Shown in pieces: positions 1-9,086 of a DNA stretch of 64,000 bases. Under the pieces are notes generated by a model. It ran no database searches, was not told the DNA's origin, and saw only the letters and a list, made by a program, of their open reading frames with translations. The position numbers were made by a program, and so were the translations under genes. How positions within the stretch are numbered: the stretch's first letter is position 1; every line of letters starts with the position of its first letter. The stretch is from the NCBI GenBank assembly GCA_947457075.1, contig CANGUG010000010.1:23177-87176 (forward strand). Direction: 5' to 3'. This DNA comes from Bacteroidota bacterium (GTDB lineage: Bacteria > Bacteroidota > Bacteroidia > Chitinophagales > Chitinophagaceae).

Positions 1-1710
1 CAGTGGCCTGAGGAATTGGGATTGGCTGCTACATTTGATCCAGCAATCACAAAACAATTTGGTGATATAGCGTCCAAGGAATATAGGGCTTTAGGAATTA
101 CGACTGCTTTGTCCCCTCAAATTGATCTAGCCACAGAGCCTCGATGGAACAGATTCATTGGTACATTCGGCGAAGACCCGAATTTAGCCACCGACATGGC
201 ACGTGCTTATGTGGACGGTTTTCAAACTGCTTCACAAAAAGTGACTACTTATAATGGTTGGGGAAATAGTAGCGTAAATGCAATGGTCAAGCATTGGCCT
301 AGTGGAGGACCGGAAGAGGGAGGACGAGATGGTCATTTTGCATATGGAAAATTTGCAGTGTATCCAGGTAATAATTTCCAAACACATTTAAAAACATTTA
401 TAGAGGGTGCATTTAAATTAAATGGAGGCACTAAAAAAGCAGCAGCGGTAATGCCTTATTATACTATTTCATATAATCAGGATAAAAAAAATGGTGAGAA
501 CGTAGGCAATGGATTTAGTAAATATATTGTCACCGATTTATTAAGAAATAAATATGGGTATGATGGAGTTGTTTGTACCGACTGGATGATTACGGCTAAT
601 GAAGGACCTACTCCTGATGTATTTATGGGTAAATCATGGGGCGTTGAAAAATTATCTATTGCTGAAAGACACTACAAAGTATTAATGGCGGGAGTGGATC
701 AGTTTGGGGGCAATAATGACGCAAAGCCAGTATTGGAAGCGTATCAAATGGGCGTTAAAGCATTTGGTGAATCCTTTATGCGTAAGCGATTTGAAGAGTC
801 GGCCGTGCGTTTGTTGTTAAATATTTTTAGAGTGGGCTTATTTGAAAATCCTTATTTAGATCCGCAAACATCTAATACCATTGTGGGCAAACCGGAATTT
901 ATGAAAGCCGGTTATGATGCTCAGTTAAAATCGATAGTGTTGTTAAAAAACCAAAACAATACTTTGCCTATTGCTACTGGCAAAACGGTATATATCCCAA
1001 AACGAATTACCCCTGCAGGGATTAACTTTTTTGGCATGCCTTCCCCTGAAAGAATTGAGTATCCTGTTAATTTAGAATTGGTAAAAAAATATTACAATGT
1101 AACGGATGACCCTACTAAAGCTGATTTTGCCATTGTATTTATTAAAAGTCCAATTAGTGGTGGGTATAGCAAAGAGGATCGTGCAGCAGGAGGAAATGGG
1201 TATGTGCCCATTAGTTTACAGTTAAGTGATTATATTGCTGTAGATGCGCGTGAACATAGCATTGCAGCTGGTGATCCTGTGATTGATTCTACCATTACAG
1301 ACAGATCCTATAAAGGGAAAACTTCAAAATCCAATTCTTATCCGGATTTGCAAACTATTGTAACAACTAAAAAAGCAATGAATGGAAAGCCAGTTATTGT
1401 ATCCGTGTCATTGACCAATCCAATGGTATTTTCTGATTTTGAAAATCAAGTGGATGCTATAGTTGGAGAATTTGGTGTACAAGTGGAAGCACAAATGGAT
1501 ATTCTGTCCGGGAAAGTGGAACCCTCTGGTTTACTTCCTATGCAAATGCCCTTAAACATGAGTGAAGTAGAAAAGCAAATGGAAGATGTTCCCCATGATA
1601 TGGTGCCCTATAAAGATGCTAATAATAATGTGTATGATTTTGGATATGGATTAAATTGGAAGGGAATTATTAAAGATGCAAGAACCAATAAATACAAAGT
1701 AAAAAAATAA
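1..1710 (+). CDS. Glycoside hydrolase family 3 (beta-glucosidase/xylosidase-like), 5'-truncated by the window edge
   Basis: The frame is open from base 1 (QWPEELGLAATFDP...). GH3 motifs: PQIDLATEPRWNR, MVKHWP, VMPYY, GVVCTDW (nucleophile Asp), and a C-terminal PSGLLPMQMP...YDFGYGL. Confidence 0.9.
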   Translation, partial: QWPEELGLAATFDPAITKQFGDIASKEYRALGITTALSPQIDLATEPRWNRFIGTFGEDPNLATDMARAYVDGFQTASQKVTTYNGWGNSSVNAMVKHWPSGGPEEGGRDGHFAYGKFAVYPGNNFQTHLKTFIEGAFKLNGGTKKAAAVMPYYTISYNQDKKNGENVGNGFSKYIVTDLLRNKYGYDGVVCTDWMITANEGPTPDVFMGKSWGVEKLSIAERHYKVLMAGVDQFGGNNDAKPVLEAYQMGVKAFGESFMRKRFEESAVRLLLNIFRVGLFENPYLDPQTSNTIVGKPEFMKAGYDAQLKSIVLLKNQNNTLPIATGKTVYIPKRITPAGINFFGMPSPERIEYPVNLELVKKYYNVTDDPTKADFAIVFIKSPISGGYSKEDRAAGGNGYVPISLQLSDYIAVDAREHSIAAGDPVIDSTITDRSYKGKTSKSNSYPDLQTIVTTKKAMNGKPVIVSVSLTNPMVFSDFENQVDAIVGEFGVQVEAQMDILSGKVEPSGLLPMQMPLNMSEVEKQMEDVPHDMVPYKDANNNVYDFGYGLNWKGIIKDARTNKYKVKK

Positions 1711-1757
1711 GCAATGACACATTTGTAAACATGTTGAATTTTTGAAATCATTATGTT

Positions 1758-1765
1758 TACATTTG
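1758..1765 (+). promoter_or_regulatory. Bacteroidota sigma-A -7 element (TACATTTG)
   Basis: Matches TANNTTTG 25 nt upstream of the GNAT ATG, with TTG at 1734-1736 at -33-like spacing. Confidence 0.55.
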
Positions 1766-1789
1766 TGTCACTTTATTTAACGAATATCA

Positions 1790-2308
1790 ATGTCATCCCT
1801 TCACCTTATCCCTGTTGGTATAAATGCGGTTCATCAACTACGTGAAATTAGTTGCAGCACTTTTTTTCAAACTTTTCAGGAGCACAATAAGGCCGAAGAC
1901 ATGGAAGCTTATTTGACCTCTAGCTTTTCCGTTGAAAAATTGACCCAAGAAATAAAAAACCCCAATACTGAATTTTATTTTGCAAAGGAGGGTGATATCA
2001 TTGTGGGTTATTTAAAAGTAAATATAGGGGAAGCACAAACCGAGCAAAAGGATTTAAACGCTTTTGAAATTGAACGTATTTATGTTGATAGGGCGTATTT
2101 AGGAAAAAAAGTAGGACAACTGCTTTTTCAAAAAGCCGTTGATATAGCAAAATCAAAACAGGTTACTTATATATGGCTGGGTGTTTGGGAGGAGAATCAC
2201 CGTGCTTTGGCTTTTTATAAAAAAAACGGATTCATTCCCTTTGACAAACATGTATTTATGCTTGGCAATGATGCGCAAACAGATATTATGATGAAACTAC
2301 TATTGTAA
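1790..2308 (+). CDS. GNAT N-acetyltransferase (PaiA/spermidine acetyltransferase-like)
   Basis: EIERIYV..YLGKKVGQLL, IWLGVWEENHRALAFYKK.GF and QTDIMM are typical of PaiA-like GNATs. Confidence 0.85.
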   Translation: MSSLHLIPVGINAVHQLREISCSTFFQTFQEHNKAEDMEAYLTSSFSVEKLTQEIKNPNTEFYFAKEGDIIVGYLKVNIGEAQTEQKDLNAFEIERIYVDRAYLGKKVGQLLFQKAVDIAKSKQVTYIWLGVWEENHRALAFYKKNGFIPFDKHVFMLGNDAQTDIMMKLLL

Positions 2309-3031
2309 TTAGTTTAATTGCATTGGCACTTCCATTAACAAAATTTCGGCGTCATCGCTTTTTGCAACAAAGTTAATATTTGCTACTCCGCTAATACCCA
2401 TACCATCCCTGGTTTCTGCTAATTCGCCATCAATTAAAAAACTACCTTTTAAAACAAAAGCATACACCCCATTGCCTTCTTTTTTTACTTGGTATTCAAA
2501 TGTTTTTTCATTTTCAAAATTTCCTAAATGGAACCAAGCATCCTGATGTATCCAGACACCTTCATCCTGCGGGTTAGGAGAAAGTACTTGTTGTAACTTA
2601 TTGATACGGTCGTTTAAGTTCATTGTAATTTGATCGTACCTTGGCGTCACATTTTTCTTATTGGGGAATATCCAAATTTGTAAAAACTTAACTATTTCGT
2701 TTTTATTTTTATTGTATTCGCTATGTTGTATTCCAGTGCCTGCACTCATTACTTGAATGTCCCCATTTTTAATTACGGTGGTGTTGCCCATGCTATCCTG
2801 GTGTTGCAAGTCGCCTTGTAAAGGAATACTTATTATTTCCATATTATCATGGGGATGGGTGCCAAAACCCATGCCTCCACTCACTGTATCATCGTTTAAT
2901 ACGCGCAATGCACCAAAATGAATACGCTCAGGATGATAGTATCCAGCAAAACTAAAAGTATGAAAACTTTGTAACCACCCATGATTTGCAGATCCTCTTG
3001 TATCGGCTTTATGAAGTACTACTTGTTTCAT
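2309..3031 (-). CDS. Pirin family protein (YhhW-like, bicupin)
   Basis: RG.ANHGWL.S.HTFSFA.YY, GFGTHPHDNMEI, H.DSMGN, MSAGTGI.HSEYN and LQIWI motifs. Confidence 0.92.
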   Translation of the reverse strand: MKQVVLHKADTRGSANHGWLQSFHTFSFAGYYHPERIHFGALRVLNDDTVSGGMGFGTHPHDNMEIISIPLQGDLQHQDSMGNTTVIKNGDIQVMSAGTGIQHSEYNKNKNEIVKFLQIWIFPNKKNVTPRYDQITMNLNDRINKLQQVLSPNPQDEGVWIHQDAWFHLGNFENEKTFEYQVKKEGNGVYAFVLKGSFLIDGELAETRDGMGISGVANINFVAKSDDAEILLMEVPMQLN

Positions 3032-3182
3032 TGTTCGCTTTTTTGAAATTATATGCGAATATCCATCTTTTTTGCATTCTATTTAGCCTTAAAGGCAATA
3101 ACATAGGGCTTGAACTAGGTTAATAGGGCGTTCATTTAAGTTTCACTACCTTTACATTGATTATTTAGTAAAATTATACAAA

Positions 3183-4373
3183 TTGAAATTTATTGATTTA
3201 GGGCTGGACGAAAGGATTTTGGAAGGAATTGATGCAATGGGTTATGAAACAGCCACGCCTGTGCAACAACAAGTAATGGTTCCAATTTTAGAAGGGAAGG
3301 ATATTATTGCCGCTGCACAAACTGGAACAGGAAAAACTGCCGCCTTTTTATTACCACTTTTACATAGGCTGTTAACCATGCCCCATACAGCAGGGGATAT
3401 TAATGCAATGATCATTGTGCCCACTCGAGAGTTGGCTATTCAAATTGCAGAAAGTATCGAAGGGCTTTCTTATTTTACCGATGTAAGTTCCATTGCGGTA
3501 TATGGTGGTGGCGATGGTAATTCATTTACTGCCGAGAAAAAAGCATTGACAAGTGGAGTGGATATTGTTGTATGTACTCCAGGAAGAATGATTGCGCATT
3601 TAAATATGGGCTATGTAAAATTAAAAGGATTAAAATATTTAGTGTTAGACGAAGCAGACAGAATGTTGGATATGGGCTTTAGCGACGACCTTGCAAAAAT
3701 TACTACTTTCTTACCTAAAGAGCGACAAAATTTACTTTTCTCCGCCACCATGCCTGTGAAGATGAGGGACTTGGCGAAAAAAATATTAAAGGATCCTGTT
3801 GAAATAAACATTGCAATTTCTAAACCACCTGAACAAATCACTCAAAAAGCATTTGTGGTGTATGAAGCACAAAAAGTACCCATTATCAAGGATATGTTGA
3901 GGTCCAAGAAATTTACGAAAGTGATTGTTTTTTGTTCTAAAAAACAAAATGTAAAAGTATTGACCTCGGAATTAAAACGGGCTAAATTAGCTGCGGAAGA
4001 AATTCATTCCGATTTAGATCAAAAAAGCAGAGAGCAATATTTGCAAGACTTTAGAAATCAAAAAACCAATATTTTAGTGGCTACGGATATACTAAGCCGT
4101 GGTATTGATATTGACGACATTGATTTAGTCATTAATTATGATGTACCCAATGACGGAGAGGATTATATTCACCGCATTGGACGCACCGCCCGAGCAGCGA
4201 CCACGGGCACTGCTTTTACCCTAGTGGGTGAAAAAGAGCAGTCTAAATTTGCCACTATTGAAGCATTATTGGGTGCGCCAGTGTTTAAAGGAACCGTTCC
4301 AGCTGAATTTGGCCCGACGCCGGAATACAAGCCCAAAGCTGGAGCTAGAAAAAGTGTTGGAAGACATAGGTAA
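3183..4373 (+). CDS. DEAD-box RNA helicase (RhlE-like)
   Basis: Q motif ATPVQ, AQTGTGKT, PTRELA, TPGR, DEADRMLDMGF, SAT, RGIDI, HRIGRT. TTG start. Confidence 0.95.
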   Translation: MKFIDLGLDERILEGIDAMGYETATPVQQQVMVPILEGKDIIAAAQTGTGKTAAFLLPLLHRLLTMPHTAGDINAMIIVPTRELAIQIAESIEGLSYFTDVSSIAVYGGGDGNSFTAEKKALTSGVDIVVCTPGRMIAHLNMGYVKLKGLKYLVLDEADRMLDMGFSDDLAKITTFLPKERQNLLFSATMPVKMRDLAKKILKDPVEINIAISKPPEQITQKAFVVYEAQKVPIIKDMLRSKKFTKVIVFCSKKQNVKVLTSELKRAKLAAEEIHSDLDQKSREQYLQDFRNQKTNILVATDILSRGIDIDDIDLVINYDVPNDGEDYIHRIGRTARAATTGTAFTLVGEKEQSKFATIEALLGAPVFKGTVPAEFGPTPEYKPKAGARKSVGRHR

Positions 4374-4381
4374 ATTCTTAT

Positions 4382-4389
4382 TACCTTTG
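4382..4389 (+). promoter_or_regulatory. Bacteroidota sigma-A -7 element (TACCTTTG)
   Basis: Exact TANNTTTG ending 4 nt before the GTG start of the HYC_CC_PP gene. Confidence 0.5.
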
Positions 4390-4393
4390 GGGG

Positions 4394-4777
4394 GTGAAAA
4401 AAGCTGTAGTTTTATTGTTATTAGTGTTGTATAGTTTTTCCTCCATTGGGGCCACTATACATATGCATTATTGCATGAACAAATTTGCAGGCTGGTCCTT
4501 TACTAAAACAAAAAAGGATAAGTGTAGCAAATGCGGAATGGTGAAAGCAGGATGTTGTAAGGATAAAAAAAAGCAGGTTAAATTAACACTTGATCAGGAA
4601 AAATCTTCAGCTACCAATGCTTTACTTTTTCAGGTTTTTACGCCAACGAGTCTTCTTCAATTTCAGGAAGTAAATAATTTATGGGTAAATACTAAACCTG
4701 CATTGAATTATTTGCATGGCCCACCTTTACTTTATTATAAAAATCCCCAGGCCTTTTTTGCTACTTTTTTAATTTGA
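4394..4777 (+). CDS. HYC_CC_PP family protein (Cys/His-rich, secreted, putative metal-binding)
   Basis: Signal-like N-terminus followed by MHYCM, KCSKCG...GCCKD and a C-terminal HGPP. It sits directly upstream of a TonB receptor, the usual context for this family. Confidence 0.8.
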   Translation: MKKAVVLLLLVLYSFSSIGATIHMHYCMNKFAGWSFTKTKKDKCSKCGMVKAGCCKDKKKQVKLTLDQEKSSATNALLFQVFTPTSLLQFQEVNNLWVNTKPALNYLHGPPLLYYKNPQAFFATFLI

Positions 4778-4828
4778 TTGATCATACTAAATAGACATGC
4801 TATTTAATTATAGATCAAATCAAAAAAA

Positions 4829-7369
4829 ATGAAATTTATAAAGTTTAGCTTATTGCTATTATTGACATTGAGTCAATTTAGTGTACTAGCGCAGGATACA
4901 AAAAAAACAAATGTAACTACTACCCAATTTAAAGTTTTTGGCGTTTGTGAACAATGCAAGTCAAGAATTGAATTGGCGGTGAAAATAAAAGGAGTTACAA
5001 AGGGTATATGGGATGAAGTGTCAAATATGCTTCAGCTGGAATACGATTCTACAAAGGTTTCCTTAGAGAAAATACAAAACAAAATTTTACTTGTTGGTCA
5101 TGACTTAGAGGGCAAAAAAGCGAAGGATGCTATTTACAATGCACTCCCAGCATGCTGCCATTACAGGGAAATGGAGGAGGAAGAAAACCATGTTGAATTA
5201 ATCAAAGGGGTTGTGTTGCAGGAGGGTAGTAATGGTAAATTCGAACCTTTACCCAATGCTAGTATTTATTGGCTTGGAACAAACAAAGGGGTAGTCACCG
5301 ACAGTTTGGGTGTTTTTGCCATTCCTGAAAATGCAGACAGCAAAAAATTAATCATCAATTATGTTGGATATAAAGCAGATACACTTACCGTTATACATTC
5401 AAATGATTTAAAAGTGATATTAGCCTCCAAGGGGCAATTAAATGAAGTCACTGTTGTGAGTCGTCAACTTGGTAGTTTCATTTCTTATTTAAATCCAGTT
5501 CGAACAGAAGTGATGACAGGTGCGGAATTACTAAAGGCAGCTTGTTGTAATTTAAGTGAGAGTTTTGAAACCAATCCTTCTGTGGATGTTTCTTACAATG
5601 ATGCGGTGACAGGCTCAAAACAAATTCAATTACTAGGTTTAAGTGGCAATTATACTCAGTTAACTATTGAAAATTTGCCCGGTCCACGTGGCTTAGCAAC
5701 ACCATTGGGATTAAATTCCATTGCAGGCCCATGGATTGAAAGTATACAACTCACAAAAGGGGTCGGTTCGGTAGCCAATGGGTTTGAAAGTATTGCTGGA
5801 CAAATTAATGTTGAATTAAAAAAGCCTGAAACAGCTGAAAAGCTTTTGGGTAATATATATGCGAATGGACAAGGTAAAACCGACTTGAATTTAAATTTAG
5901 CCACTAAGCTCAATTCAAAATGGTCGACCGGATTATTGTTACACAATAATTTTCTATACAATGGAGTAGATATGAATAATGACGGCTTTAAAGATCAACC
6001 CACTGGTAATGAAACGAGTATTGTGAATCGATATATGTTTGATAATAGCAATGGAGTTCTTGGCCAAATTGGTGTCAAAGTTTTGAATAGTTCAAGGCTA
6101 GGAGGTCAATTAAATTATGATCCTAGCATGGATAAAAACATGCTTAATAAATATGGGCTTTCTATTAACACTGAACGATATGAGCTATTTGCAAAAATGG
6201 GCTATGTTTTTCCTCAACAAAAATATAAAAGCATTGGTTTACAAATGAATATAGTAGATCATACACAAAATTCCTATTTTGGATTAACCAACTATAATGC
6301 TAAACAGAAAAGTTTTTATGGCAACTTAATTTACCAGTCTATTATAAATTCAACAATACATAAATTTAGAACAGGAATAAGTTTTCAGTATGACAAATAC
6401 AATGAGGACTTAATGAATAATAATTATGCTCGAAAAGAAATAGTGCCAGGCGCCTTTTTTGAATATACATTTACTCCCAATGAAAAATGGACAATGGTAG
6501 CCGGATTAAGAGGGGATGAAAATAATTTATTTGGGGCTTTTATCACGCCTCGCCTTAATATTAGGTATGAGCCAATTGCGGGAACAGTAATAAGATTTAG
6601 TGCAGGTAGGGGACAAAGAACGGCCAATATATTTGCCGAGAATAACAGTGTATTGGTAAGTACAAGGCAGTTGGTTATTGTACCCACTGCCACCACTGCT
6701 GGTTATGGATTATTGCCTGAAATTGCCTGGAATAAAGGGGTTAGTGTAGATCAGAAATTTAATTTATTCGGAAATCCTGCTACTTTAAGCCTCGATTTTT
6801 TTAGAAATGATTTTAGCAATCAAGTCGTTGTAGATTTAGAAAATACAAGAGCCGTTAGTTTTTACAATTTAACAGGTAAATCATTTTCAAATAGTTTTCA
6901 ATCGGAATTAGGGATCAACCCTGTGAAAAGACTAGATATTCGTATCGCGTATCGTTTTTTTGATGTGCAACAAACTTACAGTGGCCAATTATTGGAGCGT
7001 CCATTTATTGCTAAACACCGTGCTTTTCTCAGTATGGATTACAATACGGTTAATGATTGGAAATTTAATTATACCATTAACTATAATGGACGAAAACGCA
7101 TTACCAATACTTCACTCAATCCATCCAATTTTCAATTAGATAGTTATTCTCCAAATTATTTTTTAATGAATGCGCAGATTTCTAAATCTTTTGAAAAAAA
7201 ATACCCAATGGATTTTTATATAGGTGTGGAGAACATCACTAATTTTTTACAACAAACTGCCATCGTATCAGCGTCACAGCCATTTAGTCCTTATTTTGAT
7301 GCATCCATGATTTGGGGACCAACTATGGGAAGCACTTTGTATGTTGGATGGAGAATTAAAATAAATTAA
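4829..7369 (+). CDS. TonB-dependent receptor with N-terminal heavy-metal-associated (HMA) domain
   Basis: Signal peptide, HMA motif FKVFGVCEQC and LPACCHY, carboxypeptidase-regulatory-like domain, plug with KAACCNLSESFETNPSVDV, and beta-barrel C-terminus YVGWRIKIN. Confidence 0.88.
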   Translation: MKFIKFSLLLLLTLSQFSVLAQDTKKTNVTTTQFKVFGVCEQCKSRIELAVKIKGVTKGIWDEVSNMLQLEYDSTKVSLEKIQNKILLVGHDLEGKKAKDAIYNALPACCHYREMEEEENHVELIKGVVLQEGSNGKFEPLPNASIYWLGTNKGVVTDSLGVFAIPENADSKKLIINYVGYKADTLTVIHSNDLKVILASKGQLNEVTVVSRQLGSFISYLNPVRTEVMTGAELLKAACCNLSESFETNPSVDVSYNDAVTGSKQIQLLGLSGNYTQLTIENLPGPRGLATPLGLNSIAGPWIESIQLTKGVGSVANGFESIAGQINVELKKPETAEKLLGNIYANGQGKTDLNLNLATKLNSKWSTGLLLHNNFLYNGVDMNNDGFKDQPTGNETSIVNRYMFDNSNGVLGQIGVKVLNSSRLGGQLNYDPSMDKNMLNKYGLSINTERYELFAKMGYVFPQQKYKSIGLQMNIVDHTQNSYFGLTNYNAKQKSFYGNLIYQSIINSTIHKFRTGISFQYDKYNEDLMNNNYARKEIVPGAFFEYTFTPNEKWTMVAGLRGDENNLFGAFITPRLNIRYEPIAGTVIRFSAGRGQRTANIFAENNSVLVSTRQLVIVPTATTAGYGLLPEIAWNKGVSVDQKFNLFGNPATLSLDFFRNDFSNQVVVDLENTRAVSFYNLTGKSFSNSFQSELGINPVKRLDIRIAYRFFDVQQTYSGQLLERPFIAKHRAFLSMDYNTVNDWKFNYTINYNGRKRITNTSLNPSNFQLDSYSPNYFLMNAQISKSFEKKYPMDFYIGVENITNFLQQTAIVSASQPFSPYFDASMIWGPTMGSTLYVGWRIKIN

Positions 7370-7374
7370 ATATA

Positions 7375-7403
7375 AAAAGCCACTCCTTGTGAGTGGTTTT
7401 TTT
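7375..7403 (+). terminator. Rho-independent terminator
   Basis: AAAAGCCACTC-cttgt-GAGTGGTTTTTTT immediately after the receptor stop codon. Confidence 0.8.
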
Positions 7404-7486
7404 GCGCCTATTTGTCTTTAAAAAATCAAACATTTATTAGGCACAACCGGGTACTTTTAAGATATTTGTTTTATAAAATATTTTTT

Positions 7487-8113
7487 ATGGATGTAGAAAT
7501 GGCATACCGTGATTGGTCTTCACAATATGATACCAATTTGAATAAAACAAGGGACTTAGAAGCCATTGCATTAAAGGAAACACTTGGCAATTATCAATTT
7601 GAACACTGTTTAGAAATAGGTTGTGGTACAGGAAAAAATACAAGCTGGTTGGGAACAATTTGTCAAAACATTACAGCTGTTGATTTGACAAAAGAAATGA
7701 TTGCAATCGCAAAATCAAAAATCAACACTTCAAATATCAATTTCATCATTGCGGATATTAATGAGGATTGGAGTTTTGCAAAAAGGGAATATGATTTAGC
7801 CACTTTTAGTTTAGTATTGGAACATATTCAAGATATAGAAGCAGTTTTTGAGAAATTATCAAAAGTAGTTGTAAAAGACGGATATGTTTATATTGGGGAG
7901 CTTCATCCATTTAAACAGTATGCGGGTTCAAAGGCAAGATTTATGACTGAACATGGGGAACAAGTCGTAAATTGTTACACTCACAATGTATCTGATTTTT
8001 ATACTGCAGCCAAAAAAGCAGGATTTGTCATTGAGCAATTTAATGAGTATTTTGACGATAATGATAGGACAAATATTCCTAGAATTCTGACCATTTTATG
8101 TAAGAAAATATAA
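7487..8113 (+). CDS. Class I SAM-dependent methyltransferase
   Basis: LEIGCGTG motif I, AVDLT.EMI, FSLVLEHI, ELHPFKQY. ATG at 7487 is preferred to the track's TTG at 7412. Confidence 0.85.
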   Translation: MDVEMAYRDWSSQYDTNLNKTRDLEAIALKETLGNYQFEHCLEIGCGTGKNTSWLGTICQNITAVDLTKEMIAIAKSKINTSNINFIIADINEDWSFAKREYDLATFSLVLEHIQDIEAVFEKLSKVVVKDGYVYIGELHPFKQYAGSKARFMTEHGEQVVNCYTHNVSDFYTAAKKAGFVIEQFNEYFDDNDRTNIPRILTILCKKI

Positions 8114-8134
8114 ATTGAAAAAATTATCTATTGT

Positions 8135-9082
8135 ATGAAGATTAAATTAATTAAAAATAGATCTGATATTGGAGCAGGCACCAGAGGGTCCGACATGGGT
8201 ATTGATGCGATTGAAATAGCAGCGATTAATCAAAATAATGATTATTTCAATAGACATTTATTTCAAGATGTAGAGACACATAATGAAACTATCTACAACA
8301 AAAACACCAACACCTTTGCCAAAAGAATTGAACATGTTGTAGAGCAATGTGAAAGGGTGTGTGACGCTGTTTGTGAAAATTTGGAACAAGGTTTTTTCCC
8401 TATAGTTCTTTCAGGAGATCATTCCTCAGCATTAGGTACCATTAGCGGTATAAAAAAAGCATTACCTCATCAACAAATTGGAGTAATTTGGTTAGATGCA
8501 CATGCCGACTTGCACTCTCCTTTCACTTCCCCTTCAGGCAATATACATGGTATGCCATTGGCTGCTACCTTAGGTTTTGATAATTTAGATTGTAAAATTA
8601 ACGAACCAGGTGATTTGACCATTAGTCATTGGGAAAATTTAAAAAGTATAGGTACAGATAGTGCTAAAATAATTCCAGCTCATTTAGTTTATATAGGGGT
8701 GCGTGATTATGAGGAAGCGGAAAAATATACCATTGAAAAAAATAAAATTAAACATATTAAAGTTGAAGAGTTAAGGTTCCGCGGTTTGGCTACTTGTATT
8801 CAAGAAGCAATTCATCAACTTGCTAATTGTGATTTCATTTATATATCATTTGACGTTGACTCAATGGACTGTGACAATATATCTTATGGAACAGGTACGC
8901 CAGTGCCTAGGGGTTTAATGCCTGAAGAAATCTTGCAAATTTTTGATTTGTTTTTAGCAACAAATAAAGTTGGTTGCATTGAGTTTACCGAAATAAATCC
9001 TCTATTAGACAACAAAGGAAATAAAATGGCGGAGACTGCATTTCAGGTGCTAGACCATATTTCCAATCAAATCCCCCATTAG
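8135..9082 (+). CDS. rocF: Arginase
   Basis: LSGDHSSA, DAHADLH, HGMPLA, SFDVDSMD, GTGTP and EFTEINP are ureohydrolase/arginase Mn-binding motifs. Confidence 0.88.
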   Translation: MKIKLIKNRSDIGAGTRGSDMGIDAIEIAAINQNNDYFNRHLFQDVETHNETIYNKNTNTFAKRIEHVVEQCERVCDAVCENLEQGFFPIVLSGDHSSALGTISGIKKALPHQQIGVIWLDAHADLHSPFTSPSGNIHGMPLAATLGFDNLDCKINEPGDLTISHWENLKSIGTDSAKIIPAHLVYIGVRDYEEAEKYTIEKNKIKHIKVEELRFRGLATCIQEAIHQLANCDFIYISFDVDSMDCDNISYGTGTPVPRGLMPEEILQIFDLFLATNKVGCIEFTEINPLLDNKGNKMAETAFQVLDHISNQIPH

Positions 9083-9086
9083 ATTT

